Source: Azolla caroliniana (Eukaryota; Plantae; Polypodiophyta). Taken from it: 64,000 nucleotides of DNA. Location: assembly GCA_043228905.1 (NCBI GenBank), contig JBHGNT010000007.1, positions 248,001 to 312,000 on the forward strand, read 5' to 3'. How positions within the stretch are numbered: the stretch's first letter is position 1; each line of letters begins with the position of its first letter. Both the position numbers and the translations under genes were made by a program. Shown here piece after piece: positions 63,101 through 64,000 of the stretch. The notes under the pieces were generated by a model that saw only the letters and a list, made by a program, of their open reading frames with translations, ran no database searches and had not been told where the DNA came from.

Positions 63101-63875
63101 CTATTAGGGCATGGAAATTGGAATCCAATAATTCGTCCTAACGTCATAATACTTGATTGGAAGCTTATAGAAGTCAAAGGGCCAGGTTTGGCTGTGTTTT
63201 ACTGGTGAATTGTGATGGTGAATGGAACATTTTAATGGGTATTGATCATATATATGATTATCTTTGACTGATGCACCAGTCTTGTTTCAGATATTGACAA
63301 GATTGGATTTGATTTCAAATTCAACATTCTCCTGGTACCTGTTATTGGGAGGGAAGTCTTTAATGTTTCAAAATTGACTCCGACACGAAATAACCTAAGA
63401 AAGATCACCTCTGGTAGGTGTTTCTTTTGAATTCTTAAATCCTTTAATTGAACTTTATGTATTTCAATGATCACTCTGATAGGTTGGTTTTCTGGACAGG
63501 AATTGAACAGGATGAAGCCTCTCCTCATTACAATGCAAGCATTTTAGAGGACATGGGCATACAAGCCCACAGTTCATACTTACTAGCTGCAATTACACAA
63601 CGTAATATGCTCAGAGATGCCATTTTGCTTTTAAAGGTGTACAGAATTGTTTTAGCATTCCTTCACGTTTTTATTCTCTGTTCCACTTGTTTTCATGGAA
63701 GCTATTTTTTTGCAATAGGTCTGGATGCAACAGAGAGGATTTATCGATATGCCAGATAGTTTTAATGGCTTCCTCATGTCAATGCTATTAGCACACTCAA
63801 TAAATTCTGGGGAATGGAATATTGCAAGCAACATGAGTTCTCTCCAGGTTTTTAGGATTTGCATGGAAATTTTAG
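60191..63875 (+). CDS. NOL6: Nucleolar protein 6 / Utp22 (Nrap family), 5' portion; gene continues beyond the window
   Basis: Exons 60191-60340, 60490-60657, 61546-61711, 63291-63413, 63500-63636 and 63719-63875, phases consistent. Motifs ELKVEELLKEVR, IIGS...KP...IDLAVQIPK, FHAKDFLNNQYHAKRALYL, SKLTPTRNNLR, SPHYNASILED and DAILLLKVWMQQRG...FNGFLMSMLLAH. Confidence 0.92.
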
Positions 63876-64000
63876 GTAAGTTTTATGCATTCTAGTTGAC
63901 TTTTTAAATTTTGTTTGTTGCCCATATGTATGCTTCAAACATAATTATTAGAGAAATAATGTGTAAAATAAGAGGGTAAAATGGCCATTATTATGCTCGG

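Overview
Eukaryotic, AT-rich land-plant genomic DNA. The PLS-type PPR remnant, intron style and abundant (TACA)n tracts look fern-like, but that is inference only. By hand-splicing I can support six protein-coding genes: a group IIe WRKY transcription factor (+, 7320-8900), an AAR3/DCN1-like cullin-neddylation gene (+, 15433-25942; 7.6-kb TE-filled intron and a GC-AG intron), a chloroplast two-RRM RNA-binding protein with an intronless CDS and a degenerate first RRM (-, 28961-29839), NOB1 (+, 30911-36602, head-to-head with the RRM gene), a beta-carbonic anhydrase (+, 42634/43696-46997) and the 5' part of NOL6/Utp22 (+, from 60191, running off the window). The rest is a layered transposon record: degenerate Copia and Gypsy elements, two hAT-type MITEs with TIRs and 8-bp TSDs, two solo LTRs, an L1-like LINE with a 12-bp TSD whose empty site survives in a local duplication, a PPR pseudogene fragment, a ~150-bp tandem array and many small tandem duplications. 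No CRISPR, rRNA or convincing tRNA was seen. I found no clear new multi-gene system. The best leads are the divergent retrogene-like cpRNP, the twin fold-back elements behind WRKY, the antisense Pro-rich ORF inside the carbonic anhydrase intron, and the PPR fragment/satellite module.
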